IMG/VR virus record: IMGVR_UViG_3300032216_000223
Span: 1-29,566 of that record
Origin: a virus
Taxonomy: Duplodnaviria; Caudoviricetes
Direction: 5' to 3' (one strand)
Length of the DNA stretch: 29,566 nucleotides
The notes beneath the pieces are model-generated. The model was not told the origin of the DNA, ran no database searches, and was given only the letters and a program-made list of their open reading frames with translations. Positions 1-8,072 of the stretch are shown here, piece by piece; the stretch's first letter is position 1, and each line of letters begins with the position of its first letter. Position numbers and translations under genes: made by a program.

Positions 1-1
1 A

Positions 2-184
2 ACAGTAGGACAGATGCCTTTACCTACAGGATTGGATTACTACATGTGTATAGCACCAGTTAAAAATAGATACGGCAAGGCAGATCAAACAGGTGGCACG
101 TATGTGTCACTATCATTTGATCCTGCTTCTATGTATCTTGAAGATATAGTAAGAGATTACAATCAAGAGGTAATGCCAGTATGA
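2..184 (+). CDS. C-terminal end of a DnaB-like replicative helicase (partial, begins before the window)
   Basis: Frame 2 reads TVGQMPLPTGLDYYMCIAPVKNRYGKADQTGGTYVSLSFDPASMYLEDIVRDYNQEVMPV*. The VKNRYG segment resembles the DnaB/SF4 C-terminal KNRxG motif. The stop overlaps the next start (ATGA), and it sits upstream of resolvase and primase. Confidence 0.7.
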   Translation, partial: TVGQMPLPTGLDYYMCIAPVKNRYGKADQTGGTYVSLSFDPASMYLEDIVRDYNQEVMPV

Positions 185-534
185 GTGGACGTGCAAGCAA
201 AGCTAAAGGCGCACAAGCAGAACGCGATGTAGTTGCATGGCTCAAACAATGGTATCCGTATGTAGATCGTAGGCTAGCGGGTGCCACCCTAGATAAGGGT
301 GACATCTCTGGCATACCGGGAGTTACGATAGAGATTAAAAACCACGCCGGGATGGACTTGGCGGGGTGGGTAGAAGAGTTGAAGGTAGAGATGGCAAACG
401 ATAATGCTTGGACAGGAGTAGTCTTGCACAAGCGTAAGGGCAAAGGTAACCCTGATGATTGGTATGCCACTATGCCCGGCTCAGTATGGATTGAATTACT
501 GAAAAGAGTAACAGATGGAAAAGCACAGCATTGA
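181..534 (+). CDS. Holliday junction resolvase (Hjc-like, PD-(D/E)xK fold)
   Basis: SKAKGAQAERDVVAWL...KGDISG...IEIKN matches the KG..ER...D...E.K pattern of phage Hjc-type resolvases. Replication-module context. Confidence 0.8.
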   Translation: MSGRASKAKGAQAERDVVAWLKQWYPYVDRRLAGATLDKGDISGIPGVTIEIKNHAGMDLAGWVEELKVEMANDNAWTGVVLHKRKGKGNPDDWYATMPGSVWIELLKRVTDGKAQH

Positions 535-892
535 AGATTACTTAAATAGTATTGGTGCTACAGTACCCGCACGTACAGGTGGATGGCGTAAGATGCGTTG
601 TCCATTCCATGAAGATGGAACTGCTAGTGCTACTGTTAACCTAGAAACAAATAGATTCAAATGTTTTGGTTGTGGTGTATCAGGTGATACATACGATTTG
701 ATTATGCATAGACAAGGAGGGACGTTAGGTGAGGCTATCGAATTCGCACAGACAATTTCTCCTCAAAGCAACGGAACATTACAAAGGATACATCAACCAA
801 GCCGAGGCATATCTCGCCACGCGACAGTTGTCGGTAGAAGAAGCTCGCATGTTTCATCTGGGAGTGGTCGTCGATCCTCTTCCGGGTCATGA
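515..892 (+). CDS. DNA primase zinc-binding (CHC2) part
   Basis: CPFHEDGTAS...FKCFGCG zinc finger. The C-terminal ~45 aa are a low-complexity overlap with the next ORF. Confidence 0.85.
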   Translation: MEKHSIEDYLNSIGATVPARTGGWRKMRCPFHEDGTASATVNLETNRFKCFGCGVSGDTYDLIMHRQGGTLGEAIEFAQTISPQSNGTLQRIHQPSRGISRHATVVGRRSSHVSSGSGRRSSSGS

Positions 893-1358
893 ACAGTTTG
901 TCGGTAGGCTTGCTATACCTTATGTTACTCCGAGTGGTGTGGTTGATATCAGGTTCAGGTCAATAGGCGGACAAGAACCTAAGTACATGGGCATGAGTGG
1001 TGCTAAGACCACCATGTTTAATACTCAAGCTTGTTTCGTAGCACAGAAATATATCTGTGTTACTGAAGGTGAGTTTGATTCCATCATGATGTCAGTAAAG
1101 ACTACTCATCCAACGGTAGGTATACCGGGGGCTAACAACTGGAAGTCTCACTACACTAGGATCTTAGATGACTTCGATATGGTTATCATCCTTACTGATG
1201 GTGACAATGCAGGAGCAGAGTTTGGCAAGAAGATACAGCGAGAGCTACCTAATGCCAATGTAGTACCAATGCCCGAAGGCGAGGACGTAAATAGCGTCAT
1301 CGTTAAACTAGGAAAGGACTGGATCAATGAGCGAATCAGAGATTGTATTACCTCTTGA
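729..1358 (+). CDS. DNA primase catalytic (TOPRIM) part
   Basis: GRLAIPY, PKY, VTEGEFD, DGDNAG and EDVN motifs of DnaG TOPRIM. GTG start with GGAGG at 716-720. Confidence 0.9.
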   Translation: MRLSNSHRQFLLKATEHYKGYINQAEAYLATRQLSVEEARMFHLGVVVDPLPGHEQFVGRLAIPYVTPSGVVDIRFRSIGGQEPKYMGMSGAKTTMFNTQACFVAQKYICVTEGEFDSIMMSVKTTHPTVGIPGANNWKSHYTRILDDFDMVIILTDGDNAGAEFGKKIQRELPNANVVPMPEGEDVNSVIVKLGKDWINERIRDCITS

Positions 1359-1638
1359 CGAAACTATATGGACACACATCGAGCACATGGAAGGAAGCAT
1401 TGGTGTACAAGTTACGGACGACAAGACCTTGGATCTTCTTGGTGCTCTGTACGATATCTATCATGTTAGTACTGAAGATATCAAGGAAGCGCAAGAGTTA
1501 ATCATTGGACTAGCAGCACTACTAGTAGCAGCACCACTTGGTCAAGCCGATAAGGTATGGCAGGAACTACAAGTGCGTGAGTCAATGAAGAACTTTGAAC
1601 TACAAGTGAAGGAAGTACTAAGCGATGAGACCAAGTGA
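1327..1638 (+). CDS. hypothetical protein (acidic, helical)
   Basis: 103-aa ORF overlapping both neighbours in an operon. No recognised motif. Confidence 0.6.
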   Translation: MSESEIVLPLDETIWTHIEHMEGSIGVQVTDDKTLDLLGALYDIYHVSTEDIKEAQELIIGLAALLVAAPLGQADKVWQELQVRESMKNFELQVKEVLSDETK

Positions 1639-1930
1639 TGTCGACAATATCCTTGTTGAACTTAAGTCCATCCTCCTTAAGAAGCAGGAAGATTACGGTC
1701 CGCTTAACATCTCACTCGCTCCCGGCGGACCACTCAATGGTCTTAGAGTTAGAATGTTTGATAAACTCCAACGGTTTAGTCACTTGGTCGAGACTGAGAA
1801 CGACACGCCGAATTACGAATCACTACACGATACCTTCGTTGACCTCGCAAACTATGCCATAATAGGCATACTAGTCCAAAACGGACAGTGGGAAGGTTTA
1901 CCTGATGCGAAGAGTAGTAGTACTCAGTGA
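1625..1930 (+). CDS. Nucleotide modification associated domain 1 (Nmad1/DUF1599; MazG-like alpha-helical fold)
   Basis: KKQEDYG...RMFDKLQR...ESLHDTFVDLANYAII is the typical signature of this family. Confidence 0.8.
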   Translation: MRPSDVDNILVELKSILLKKQEDYGPLNISLAPGGPLNGLRVRMFDKLQRFSHLVETENDTPNYESLHDTFVDLANYAIIGILVQNGQWEGLPDAKSSSTQ

Positions 1931-2645
1931 CTTACAGATTCCTTATCACGACCCAGTAGCTCTTAAGAGGGTACTTGCTTTCATCAAATGGTACCGACCT
2001 AATGAGCTCTGGTGCGTGGGGGATGAACTAGATGCACCAGAACCAAGCAGGTGGAACAAAGGTATGGCAGGCGAATACGCACCTACCTTGCAAGACTCAA
2101 TAGATCAGACCTACAACATCATGGCTGATTTCCGAGATGCACTCGGCAGAAACAAACCCTTTATTATTCAGCGATCAAACCATACAGATCGAATCCAAAC
2201 TTACATCCGTAAGTATGCCCCAGCGTTCGGCTCTCTTGAATCACTCAAGATAGAAGAATTGCTGGGGTATTCTTCATTAGGTATCCAGTACTTGCATAGG
2301 TTCAAGGAGTTACTACCCGGCTGGGTAATGGCTCACGGGGACGAGGGACGCTCTGTGCAAGTACCGGGTTCTACTGCTATGAGTCTAGCCAAGAAGCTAG
2401 GCAAGAGCGTTGTCTGTGGTCACACCCACAAGTTAGGACTACAACACGAGACAACGGGTCTCTACGGCAAGAATAGAACCGTTTACGGGCTAGAGGTGGG
2501 ACACCTCATGGACATGCGACAAGCTTCTTATCTCACATCAGGCATTGCTAACTGGCAACAGGGCATAGGTATCTTGGTAGAGAAGAACCGCAAGGTTATT
2601 CCTTATGCAGTACCGCTAACGGATGGAGACATCCTGCTCCCATGA
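1905..2645 (+). CDS. calcineurin-like metallophosphoesterase
   Basis: Metal-binding motifs SDLQIP, GDELD, SNH, HGD and GHTH in the expected order. Confidence 0.9.
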   Translation: MRRVVVLSDLQIPYHDPVALKRVLAFIKWYRPNELWCVGDELDAPEPSRWNKGMAGEYAPTLQDSIDQTYNIMADFRDALGRNKPFIIQRSNHTDRIQTYIRKYAPAFGSLESLKIEELLGYSSLGIQYLHRFKELLPGWVMAHGDEGRSVQVPGSTAMSLAKKLGKSVVCGHTHKLGLQHETTGLYGKNRTVYGLEVGHLMDMRQASYLTSGIANWQQGIGILVEKNRKVIPYAVPLTDGDILLP

Positions 2646-3310
2646 AGCACGAGATAGATGAGTGGTTGCCGTACAAAGAGATGATGTTACGGATTGCTTC
2701 TGACTTCAGGAAGCGGTACCCAATGATTGAGCTGGACGATCTCCAACAGGAGATGTATCTTTGGTTCGTCAGTCACCCCAAGAAGTTCAAGGAGTGGATG
2801 TCCTTAGAGGAAAAGGATAAAGACAAACTAATCGCCAAGTCATTGCGCAATCACTGCATCACATACTGCGAGAAGGAGAAGGCTCGCATTGTGGGATATG
2901 ACTTGGCAGATTTGTACTACTACGACGTGTCTGTTGTTGAAGCATTCCTACCTACGATTATCGTCGAGTCATACGAAATGCCTAGCAAGATCAAAGACCT
3001 CAACCTTAAGTTTGGCAATGGGGAGATTAGTGATGGCATGAACTGGCTAGCACTGCGCTCTGACATAGCCAAGAGTTACTACAAACTATCTGAATCCAAG
3101 CAGAAGATACTCAAGCTGCGCTTTGCTAGTGAGTATGCAGACTGGGCAAAGCTTGGTGAAGAGATGAACACCAGCGCCGATGGCGCTCGCATGAAAGTCC
3201 AGCGTGTGCTGGCATCAATCGTACAAAACCTAGGTGGATGGAGACCCTACCGTGACCAAGACACAACGCTCGAAGAAGCCAACGCAAGTACAACAGAAGC
3301 AGAGGATTGA
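2642..3310 (+). CDS. RNA polymerase sigma-factor-like protein
   Basis: Region-2-like ELDDLQQEMYLWF and region-4-like HTH KLSESKQKILKLRF...AKLGEEMNTSADGARMKVQR. Confidence 0.7.
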   Translation: MKHEIDEWLPYKEMMLRIASDFRKRYPMIELDDLQQEMYLWFVSHPKKFKEWMSLEEKDKDKLIAKSLRNHCITYCEKEKARIVGYDLADLYYYDVSVVEAFLPTIIVESYEMPSKIKDLNLKFGNGEISDGMNWLALRSDIAKSYYKLSESKQKILKLRFASEYADWAKLGEEMNTSADGARMKVQRVLASIVQNLGGWRPYRDQDTTLEEANASTTEAED

Positions 3311-4004
3311 TCCTGATTCCATCATAGTTTGCTGGTGTGACAACGGCACTACTGATGGCAAGTTTACTGAGGGTCTGGTCTATTCGATTCTTAATTCAGG
3401 TGTACCTATCAGGTCAGCCATGCGTGTGCAGGGCAACCAGATCGGACGCCAACGTCAGAACGCATTTGATTACTGGCTAGACCACACAGATTTTCCATGG
3501 GTGCTATGGGTAGACAGCGACATCGTCTTAACCAACGAGTCACTTCAGTTGTTATGGAATGAGTGCGACCCTACTACTAAGCCAGTAGTAAGCGGCACTT
3601 ACTTCATCTCCAAGGAGAATGAACAGTCACTGATGACTCCATTCCCTGCACTGTTTGCCTTTACTGATGACCCATACCAACTGGCATACATCCACCCACT
3701 GCCTGCTAATGCGCTGGTCAAGGTAGGAGCTGCTGGCTTTGGCTTCCTGTTCATGCACCGCAGTGCTGCCCTCAAGATGAGGGAAGTACACGGCAAGGTT
3801 CCGTTCTTTAATGAGACTGGAGTAGGCGAACAGTTTGTATCAGAGGACATCAACTTCTTTAAGCACATGCAAAGTGCAGGTGTGCCACTCTATGCCCACA
3901 CTGGTGCAGTAGTGAAACACATGAAGCGGTTCTCGTTTGACCTAGACTTCTACAAGATGTTTTGGAGCAGTCAGAACCAAGGCGTAGATGAGCTTAAACC
4001 TTAA
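3252..4004 (+). CDS. GT-A fold (family 2-like) glycosyltransferase
   Basis: DxD motif LWVDSDI, GFGFLFMHR, SEDINFF and a terminal H. A GTG start at 3252 is preferred over 3234 because GGAG lies 8 nt upstream. Confidence 0.75.
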   Translation: MTKTQRSKKPTQVQQKQRIDPDSIIVCWCDNGTTDGKFTEGLVYSILNSGVPIRSAMRVQGNQIGRQRQNAFDYWLDHTDFPWVLWVDSDIVLTNESLQLLWNECDPTTKPVVSGTYFISKENEQSLMTPFPALFAFTDDPYQLAYIHPLPANALVKVGAAGFGFLFMHRSAALKMREVHGKVPFFNETGVGEQFVSEDINFFKHMQSAGVPLYAHTGAVVKHMKRFSFDLDFYKMFWSSQNQGVDELKP

Positions 4005-4179
4005 GGGGATACCTTCTATGGCTTGCATCTGCGGGTGCAAGATCTTTAACCTGCGTGTTATGTGGGATGAAGAAACCAGAGAGGTAGGATGGTATGACTT
4101 GGAGCAGTCATGCTTTGACTGTGGTGCACTACTAACTGCGCCCACACCTATTGACGATGAAGGGATGGACTGTGCCTAG
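3988..4179 (+). CDS. small Cys-rich hypothetical protein (putative Zn ribbon)
   Basis: CICGC...CFDCG motifs. Overlaps both neighbours. Confidence 0.65.
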   Translation: MSLNLKGIPSMACICGCKIFNLRVMWDEETREVGWYDLEQSCFDCGALLTAPTPIDDEGMDCA

Positions 4180-4339
4180 ATATGATTTCAAGTGCAGTGT
4201 ATGTGGAAATATCATAGAAGTCTACAAAGAATTTGGTGACGACACCATGCCTGTCTGTTGCCAACAGTCTACGTCTAGAGTATGGTCTGCCACGCCAGTT
4301 CATTTTAAGACTGGTGGCTTCTACTCAACCGGAGGGTAA
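4172..4339 (+). CDS. FmdB-family zinc ribbon protein
   Basis: (M)PRYDFKCSVCG...CC...RVWSATPVHFKTGGFYSTGG is the typical FmdB-like pattern. GTG start at 4172. Confidence 0.8.
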   Translation: MPRYDFKCSVCGNIIEVYKEFGDDTMPVCCQQSTSRVWSATPVHFKTGGFYSTGG

Positions 4340-4450
4340 ATGAAACAAGACGATTACGAGATCATGTTGAGGTGCGTTCACTGCGCTTCACTCTTTAAGA
4401 TTGCCAAGTCAGAAGCAAGGACCCCTTACTACTGCTTGGCTTGCAGATGA
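4340..4450 (+). CDS. 36-aa CxxC/CxxC micro-protein (not in ORF track)
   Basis: MKQDDYEIMLRCVHCASLFKIAKSEARTPYYCLACR*. The ATG directly follows the upstream TAA, with GGAGG at 4331-4335. Confidence 0.65.
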   Translation: MKQDDYEIMLRCVHCASLFKIAKSEARTPYYCLACR

Positions 4451-4527
4451 AGTTAGAATACTTAACACTGTTACAAGGAGCAATAGCTGACCTGCTGTCA
4501 GCTTTACTACACCTATACGGCTGGTAG
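4447..4527 (+). CDS. 26-aa hydrophobic micro-ORF (not in ORF track)
   Basis: MKLEYLTLLQGAIADLLSALLHLYGW*. ATGA overlap upstream, and it ends 3 nt before the whiB ATG. Confidence 0.45.
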   Translation: MKLEYLTLLQGAIADLLSALLHLYGW

Positions 4528-4530
4528 TCG

Positions 4531-4764
4531 ATGGCTAACTGGAGGGAAAGTGCCAACTGTATTGGCATAGATACTGATCTGTTTTTCCCTGACCGAGGTG
4601 AACCTAGCCTTGTTATCCAAGGCATCTGTGCTAGGTGTACTGTCAAGACTGAATGCTTGGAGTTTGCCGTAGCAGATCCTGAGATAGTCGGATACTTTGG
4701 CGGTATGTCTGCTCGGAACAGACAGAGACTGAGAGTTAAGAACAGGCTGAAGATCACCCGCTGA
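4531..4764 (+). CDS. whiB: WhiB-family Fe-S transcription factor
   Basis: W..ANC...DTDLFFP...C.RC.VK.EC...GYFGGMSARNR: four Cys, a G[VI]WGG-like turn and a basic tail. Confidence 0.9.
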   Translation: MANWRESANCIGIDTDLFFPDRGEPSLVIQGICARCTVKTECLEFAVADPEIVGYFGGMSARNRQRLRVKNRLKITR

Positions 4765-4777
4765 CGAGGGTGATCTT
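4750..4777. terminator. perfect 10-bp inverted repeat spanning the whiB stop (possible terminator or operator)
   Basis: AAGATCACCC-gctgacga-GGGTGATCTT, with the TGA stop in the loop. No clear U-tract. Confidence 0.5.
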
Positions 4778-4823
4778 ACTGTACAGACAGTACTGTACAG
4801 GGAAGACACGCCGTAAAATGGCA

Positions 4824-4866
4824 TAAAAAAATAACCCCCGATCAGACAGTAAGTCTGAAAGGGGGT
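4824..4866 (-). terminator. intrinsic terminator of the late (structural/lysis) arm
   Basis: Minus strand ACCCCC-tt-TCAGAC-ttact-GTCTGA-tc-GGGGGT followed by TATTTTTTT, downstream of the holin stop. Confidence 0.8.
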
Positions 4867-4926
4867 ATATCTTTGTACCAAACTAGGTTAAAAGTTGCTC
4901 ATAGCCAATCCTCGAACCGTTTAGGA

Positions 4927-5160
4927 CTATGCTACGTGGGTATCTACCACTGCTGCTGCAGCCTTAACTGAAGCTTGAGGGGCAGGGAACTGATCGCCGG
5001 GGTTTGCCCAACGTAGGATGACAGGGATAACTGACGCAGCTCCTGCTGCGAAGAGAGCCTTGACGCTGGTGTTACCCAGTGTGTATTGAGCGACAACTGC
5101 TGCGATGAACGCACGTGAGTAGGTACCCAGTACTGTCCACACTTTTGGTGAGATGTTCAT
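4927..5160 (-). CDS. holin-like membrane protein
   Basis: 77 aa with two hydrophobic segments and RWANP.D. Lies downstream of the endolysin, with an AAGGAGG RBS. Confidence 0.65.
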   Translation of the reverse strand: MNISPKVWTVLGTYSRAFIAAVVAQYTLGNTSVKALFAAGAASVIPVILRWANPGDQFPAPQASVKAAAAVVDTHVA

Positions 5161-5306
5161 TCTTCCTCCTTAAGGACGTCTTGATGACAAGCCGGGCAGT
5201 AGAACACCCAGCCTCTATAGTTTACAGCACCTAACCTACGACAGCGAAAGCAAGACGCGTGTTCGTAGATTTTATATTCAGGTAATTCTTCAAACTCTTC
5301 GCTCAT
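5157..5306 (-). CDS. 49-aa zinc-finger micro-protein within the lysis cassette (not in ORF track)
   Basis: MSEEFEELPEYKIYEHASCFRCRRLGAVNYRGWVFYCPACHQDVLKEEE*. TAATG overlap with the endolysin and ATGA overlap with the holin. Confidence 0.7.
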   Translation of the reverse strand: MSEEFEELPEYKIYEHASCFRCRRLGAVNYRGWVFYCPACHQDVLKEEE

Positions 5307-5803
5307 TAGGCTGTCCACTTAGGGCGTCCAAAGCCCACTACAAAGACAGTCATCTTGCGCTTGTTGTCTGACCTGTAGGCACGGGTCTTGAGGCAGACTT
5401 GTCCACCGTTTGCTTCACTGCCGGTCTTGCCGTCAGGTGTGGTGTTGCCTTCTATGGTGGTTACTGTGCCGTCACCGTTGTCCTTGACCACGATACCTAC
5501 ATGCTCGGTACCTTTGCCATCAAAGGAGAAGAAAACTATGTCGCCGGGTGCAGGCTTGGCTGTCTCATGGTTAGCCCATCTGCCCTGACCTTGGAATGCT
5601 GTGACCCCAGCAGGGGTATAGACACAGTTAGGCATAGCCTTAAAGCCGATCTCATTGGCACACCACATGACAAAGCTTCCACACCATGGTTGTCCATCAT
5701 GCTTGGTGAATTTGCCATAGATAGTCTTGTTGCTATCAGCTGGTGATTCTTTGACACCCTCTTGGGTGCGAGCCTTGGCTACAAAATCTGCTGCTTGTGT
5801 CAC
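5306..5803 (-). CDS. endolysin, CHAP/amidase domain
   Basis: PWCGSFVMWC (catalytic Cys), PGDIVFF, EHVGIV (His) and TIEGNT. Confidence 0.9.
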   Translation of the reverse strand: MTQAADFVAKARTQEGVKESPADSNKTIYGKFTKHDGQPWCGSFVMWCANEIGFKAMPNCVYTPAGVTAFQGQGRWANHETAKPAPGDIVFFSFDGKGTEHVGIVVKDNGDGTVTTIEGNTTPDGKTGSEANGGQVCLKTRAYRSDNKRKMTVFVVGFGRPKWTA

Positions 5804-6057
5804 TGCTCTGCCTTTGCCTTCATTACTTCTACATCAATCTTGATCAAGTTCTGGTTCTCTATCAACTGGTCTACCTTGTTGATCAGACCTGTGTGTCCAT
5901 CGTTGTACAGTGCGTATTCAATTCTTGCTAGCTTATCCTTTAGTTCATCTGTGTGCTTTTGGATAGTGTGCTTAGCTATGATACTGAGTCCTCCTATGAC
6001 TGCCGCTAGTACGAAGAAGTAAGAGTAAACAATCGTCGCTGTGTCGACGTTAGCCAT
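5800..6057 (-). CDS. single-TM plus coiled-coil protein, lysis-associated
   Basis: N-terminal hydrophobic helix followed by a heptad-like region. Immediately upstream of the endolysin. Confidence 0.55.
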   Translation of the reverse strand: MANVDTATIVYSYFFVLAAVIGGLSIIAKHTIQKHTDELKDKLARIEYALYNDGHTGLINKVDQLIENQNLIKIDVEVMKAKAEQ

Positions 6058-6060
6058 GAG

Positions 6061-8034
6061 TTATACCGTTCTAACCGTGAGGATGATAGTTCCTGCAAAG
6101 TTAGTAAGTCTTTTGTCAGGGGATATCTTATTGATGAAGGCTAGCTCTTCAATTAAACATTGAACAGTTTCGCCAGTGCGGAAGTCTTGCAGTGTTACCA
6201 CGTCACCTGCTGCTTCGATGGTCTCAAGTGCAGCTAGTCGGTCATAGGCATAACCTTCATAACCTACTGTGGCGTTGTACTTGTCAGTATCTACGTCAAA
6301 GCAGAGTAGTGGAATCTTGATGATGCGGGTACGTGGGGTAGCAGGTACCGCCTTGAGCTGGTATCCCTTAAAGATAGGGGACAGGGTGTTATCTGTAGCA
6401 TCCCGGTACAGAGTAAAGCGCAGTGCAATAGCATCTTGGGCTCCTGCTGGTTGAGAGATGGTAGCTTCAGGGGTGCCGATGTTGTTGTCGTAGGAAACAA
6501 TGTCATAGCGATTACCAGTAGCATCTACTGATGCAATAGTCATAGAGCCTTTAGTTAATCCATTTGGGTACAGACTTGAATCAGCAATACCAAAGTCACC
6601 ACGTCCTACCACACGCTTGAAGTTCTTTAACTCTAGGGTGTTATATCTAATAAGACCTGTTTGAACCCAGCCACTAGTCACTACTTTGCTAGCATCTTGT
6701 AGGTACAATCCTAAACCAGATGATGTACCAGCAGCGGTAGTAGCAAGGAAAGCAATGCGGTCTGTGTTGCCTAGGGTAGTTACATCGTAGGCTGTACCTT
6801 CAATGCCATCCGCCCATACGTCCTGAGCTACAGCAAAGCGAAGGGTATCTACCTCATTGGATAGATCAATACGCCATGTGCCAGCATAAGTATCTACGCC
6901 ATCACCGACACCGCTACCAAACCAGATATAAGAATCACGGGCTGCAAAGCCACGCACTGGGGTAGGTGTATTAACAAGCAGTGGACCATAGGTAATGTAG
7001 CCAGTTGCTTGGTCTACTAACGCTACACGCACACCCTTGTTGGTACCAATGATGAGATACTCACCAAGGTGAGAGTACATAGAGTAAACAATTTCACCTT
7101 GAGGTAGCTGTGCTGCAATAATACCTGAAGTAAGTACAGGCATAGTTCCTGCTGTGGTTAAGACAAACATGTAGATAGTCGAGTTACCACCAGCATAGCC
7201 AGATGCATAGATAGCAGGACCAGCTTCTTCAATATCAGTCCATTGCCACGCAGCGTTAGGGTGGGTGTATACAGGGGTAGGCAGAGCACCACCAGTGCCA
7301 CCTACTAATTCATAAAGCTTATTGTTAATGCTAGAGACTAGGCGTTGCTTAACCCAGTGCATAGAAGATGAGGTTACCGAAAGGCTAGATGTGAAGAGGG
7401 CGCTTGATGCACCGCCAGTAAGTGCCTTAGAGTAAACGTTACCGCCGTCAATGTAGTAGACGTTAGTTCCGTCTTGTGCCATTGAGTAGATAGTGTTGAC
7501 ATGCGTTACTAGTGTAGATGAAGTGCTGTCATCTACTACCTTGATGTCACCGTCTAACAATAAAATCTTATCTACTCCGCTTACCTGTACAGATTCAAGG
7601 TGAAGAGCAGCAGTAGTTGTCTTTATTTGGGTAGTGCTATTAAGCAGGGTTACTTGACCAAAGGTAAATGGGTTCACACCAAAGGATGAACCGTATCGGT
7701 ATGAGTTAGAAGCTAGCGATACAGAGAATGGGTTAGCAAATGGGTCATAGAACTTAACGCCTTGACCAGCATGGAAGCTAGACTGAGAACGAAACCACCA
7801 ACCCTGTAGTGATTGCTCACCCGGGTCACGCTGTGTATCAAACTGGTTCTTACGGAAGGGTGCAGTACTGCGCTCGTATGGGTGTGTCTCAGTAGCATCT
7901 AGTAGGAACGGAACTCCACCGATAGCAATGTCGTAATCAACACCAGTGTTTTGCCAGACTGTACCTGTGAGGTTACCAATGTCTACGGCAATAGCTCGGT
8001 TGGCTCTACCTGCGGTTATGTCCTTGCCTGACAT
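6061..8034 (-). CDS. probable tail nozzle / tail tubular protein B-like virion protein
   Basis: 657 aa, rich in beta-strands and aromatic residues (propeller-like). Position in the tail module and an AGGAGG RBS. Confidence 0.6.
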   Translation of the reverse strand: MSGKDITAGRANRAIAVDIGNLTGTVWQNTGVDYDIAIGGVPFLLDATETHPYERSTAPFRKNQFDTQRDPGEQSLQGWWFRSQSSFHAGQGVKFYDPFANPFSVSLASNSYRYGSSFGVNPFTFGQVTLLNSTTQIKTTTAALHLESVQVSGVDKILLLDGDIKVVDDSTSSTLVTHVNTIYSMAQDGTNVYYIDGGNVYSKALTGGASSALFTSSLSVTSSSMHWVKQRLVSSINNKLYELVGGTGGALPTPVYTHPNAAWQWTDIEEAGPAIYASGYAGGNSTIYMFVLTTAGTMPVLTSGIIAAQLPQGEIVYSMYSHLGEYLIIGTNKGVRVALVDQATGYITYGPLLVNTPTPVRGFAARDSYIWFGSGVGDGVDTYAGTWRIDLSNEVDTLRFAVAQDVWADGIEGTAYDVTTLGNTDRIAFLATTAAGTSSGLGLYLQDASKVVTSGWVQTGLIRYNTLELKNFKRVVGRGDFGIADSSLYPNGLTKGSMTIASVDATGNRYDIVSYDNNIGTPEATISQPAGAQDAIALRFTLYRDATDNTLSPIFKGYQLKAVPATPRTRIIKIPLLCFDVDTDKYNATVGYEGYAYDRLAALETIEAAGDVVTLQDFRTGETVQCLIEELAFINKISPDKRLTNFAGTIILTVRTV

Positions 8035-8044
8035 TCATCCTCCT

Positions 8045-8072
8045 AAAAGAAAAGCCCCGCCGAAGCGGGGCT
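8045..8072 (-). terminator. intrinsic terminator with a cUUCGg tetraloop
   Basis: Minus strand AGCCCCGC-TTCG-GCGGGGCT followed by TTTCTTTT. Confidence 0.85.

Noticed and set aside
4777-4800. TACTGT...ACAGTA resembling a LexA SOS box
   Set aside because: Spacing is shorter than the proteobacterial CTG-N10-CAG box, and actinobacterial LexA uses a GAAC-N4-GTTC type site.
4395-4881. Minus-strand ORFs 4395-4757 and 4513-4881
   Set aside because: Antisense to whiB and lying across or beyond the late terminator. No motifs.
4895-4932. GGTTCGA in a hairpin on the minus strand after the holin stop, resembling a tRNA T-loop
   Set aside because: No cloverleaf, acceptor stem or anticodon arm can be built. 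It is only a short hairpin.
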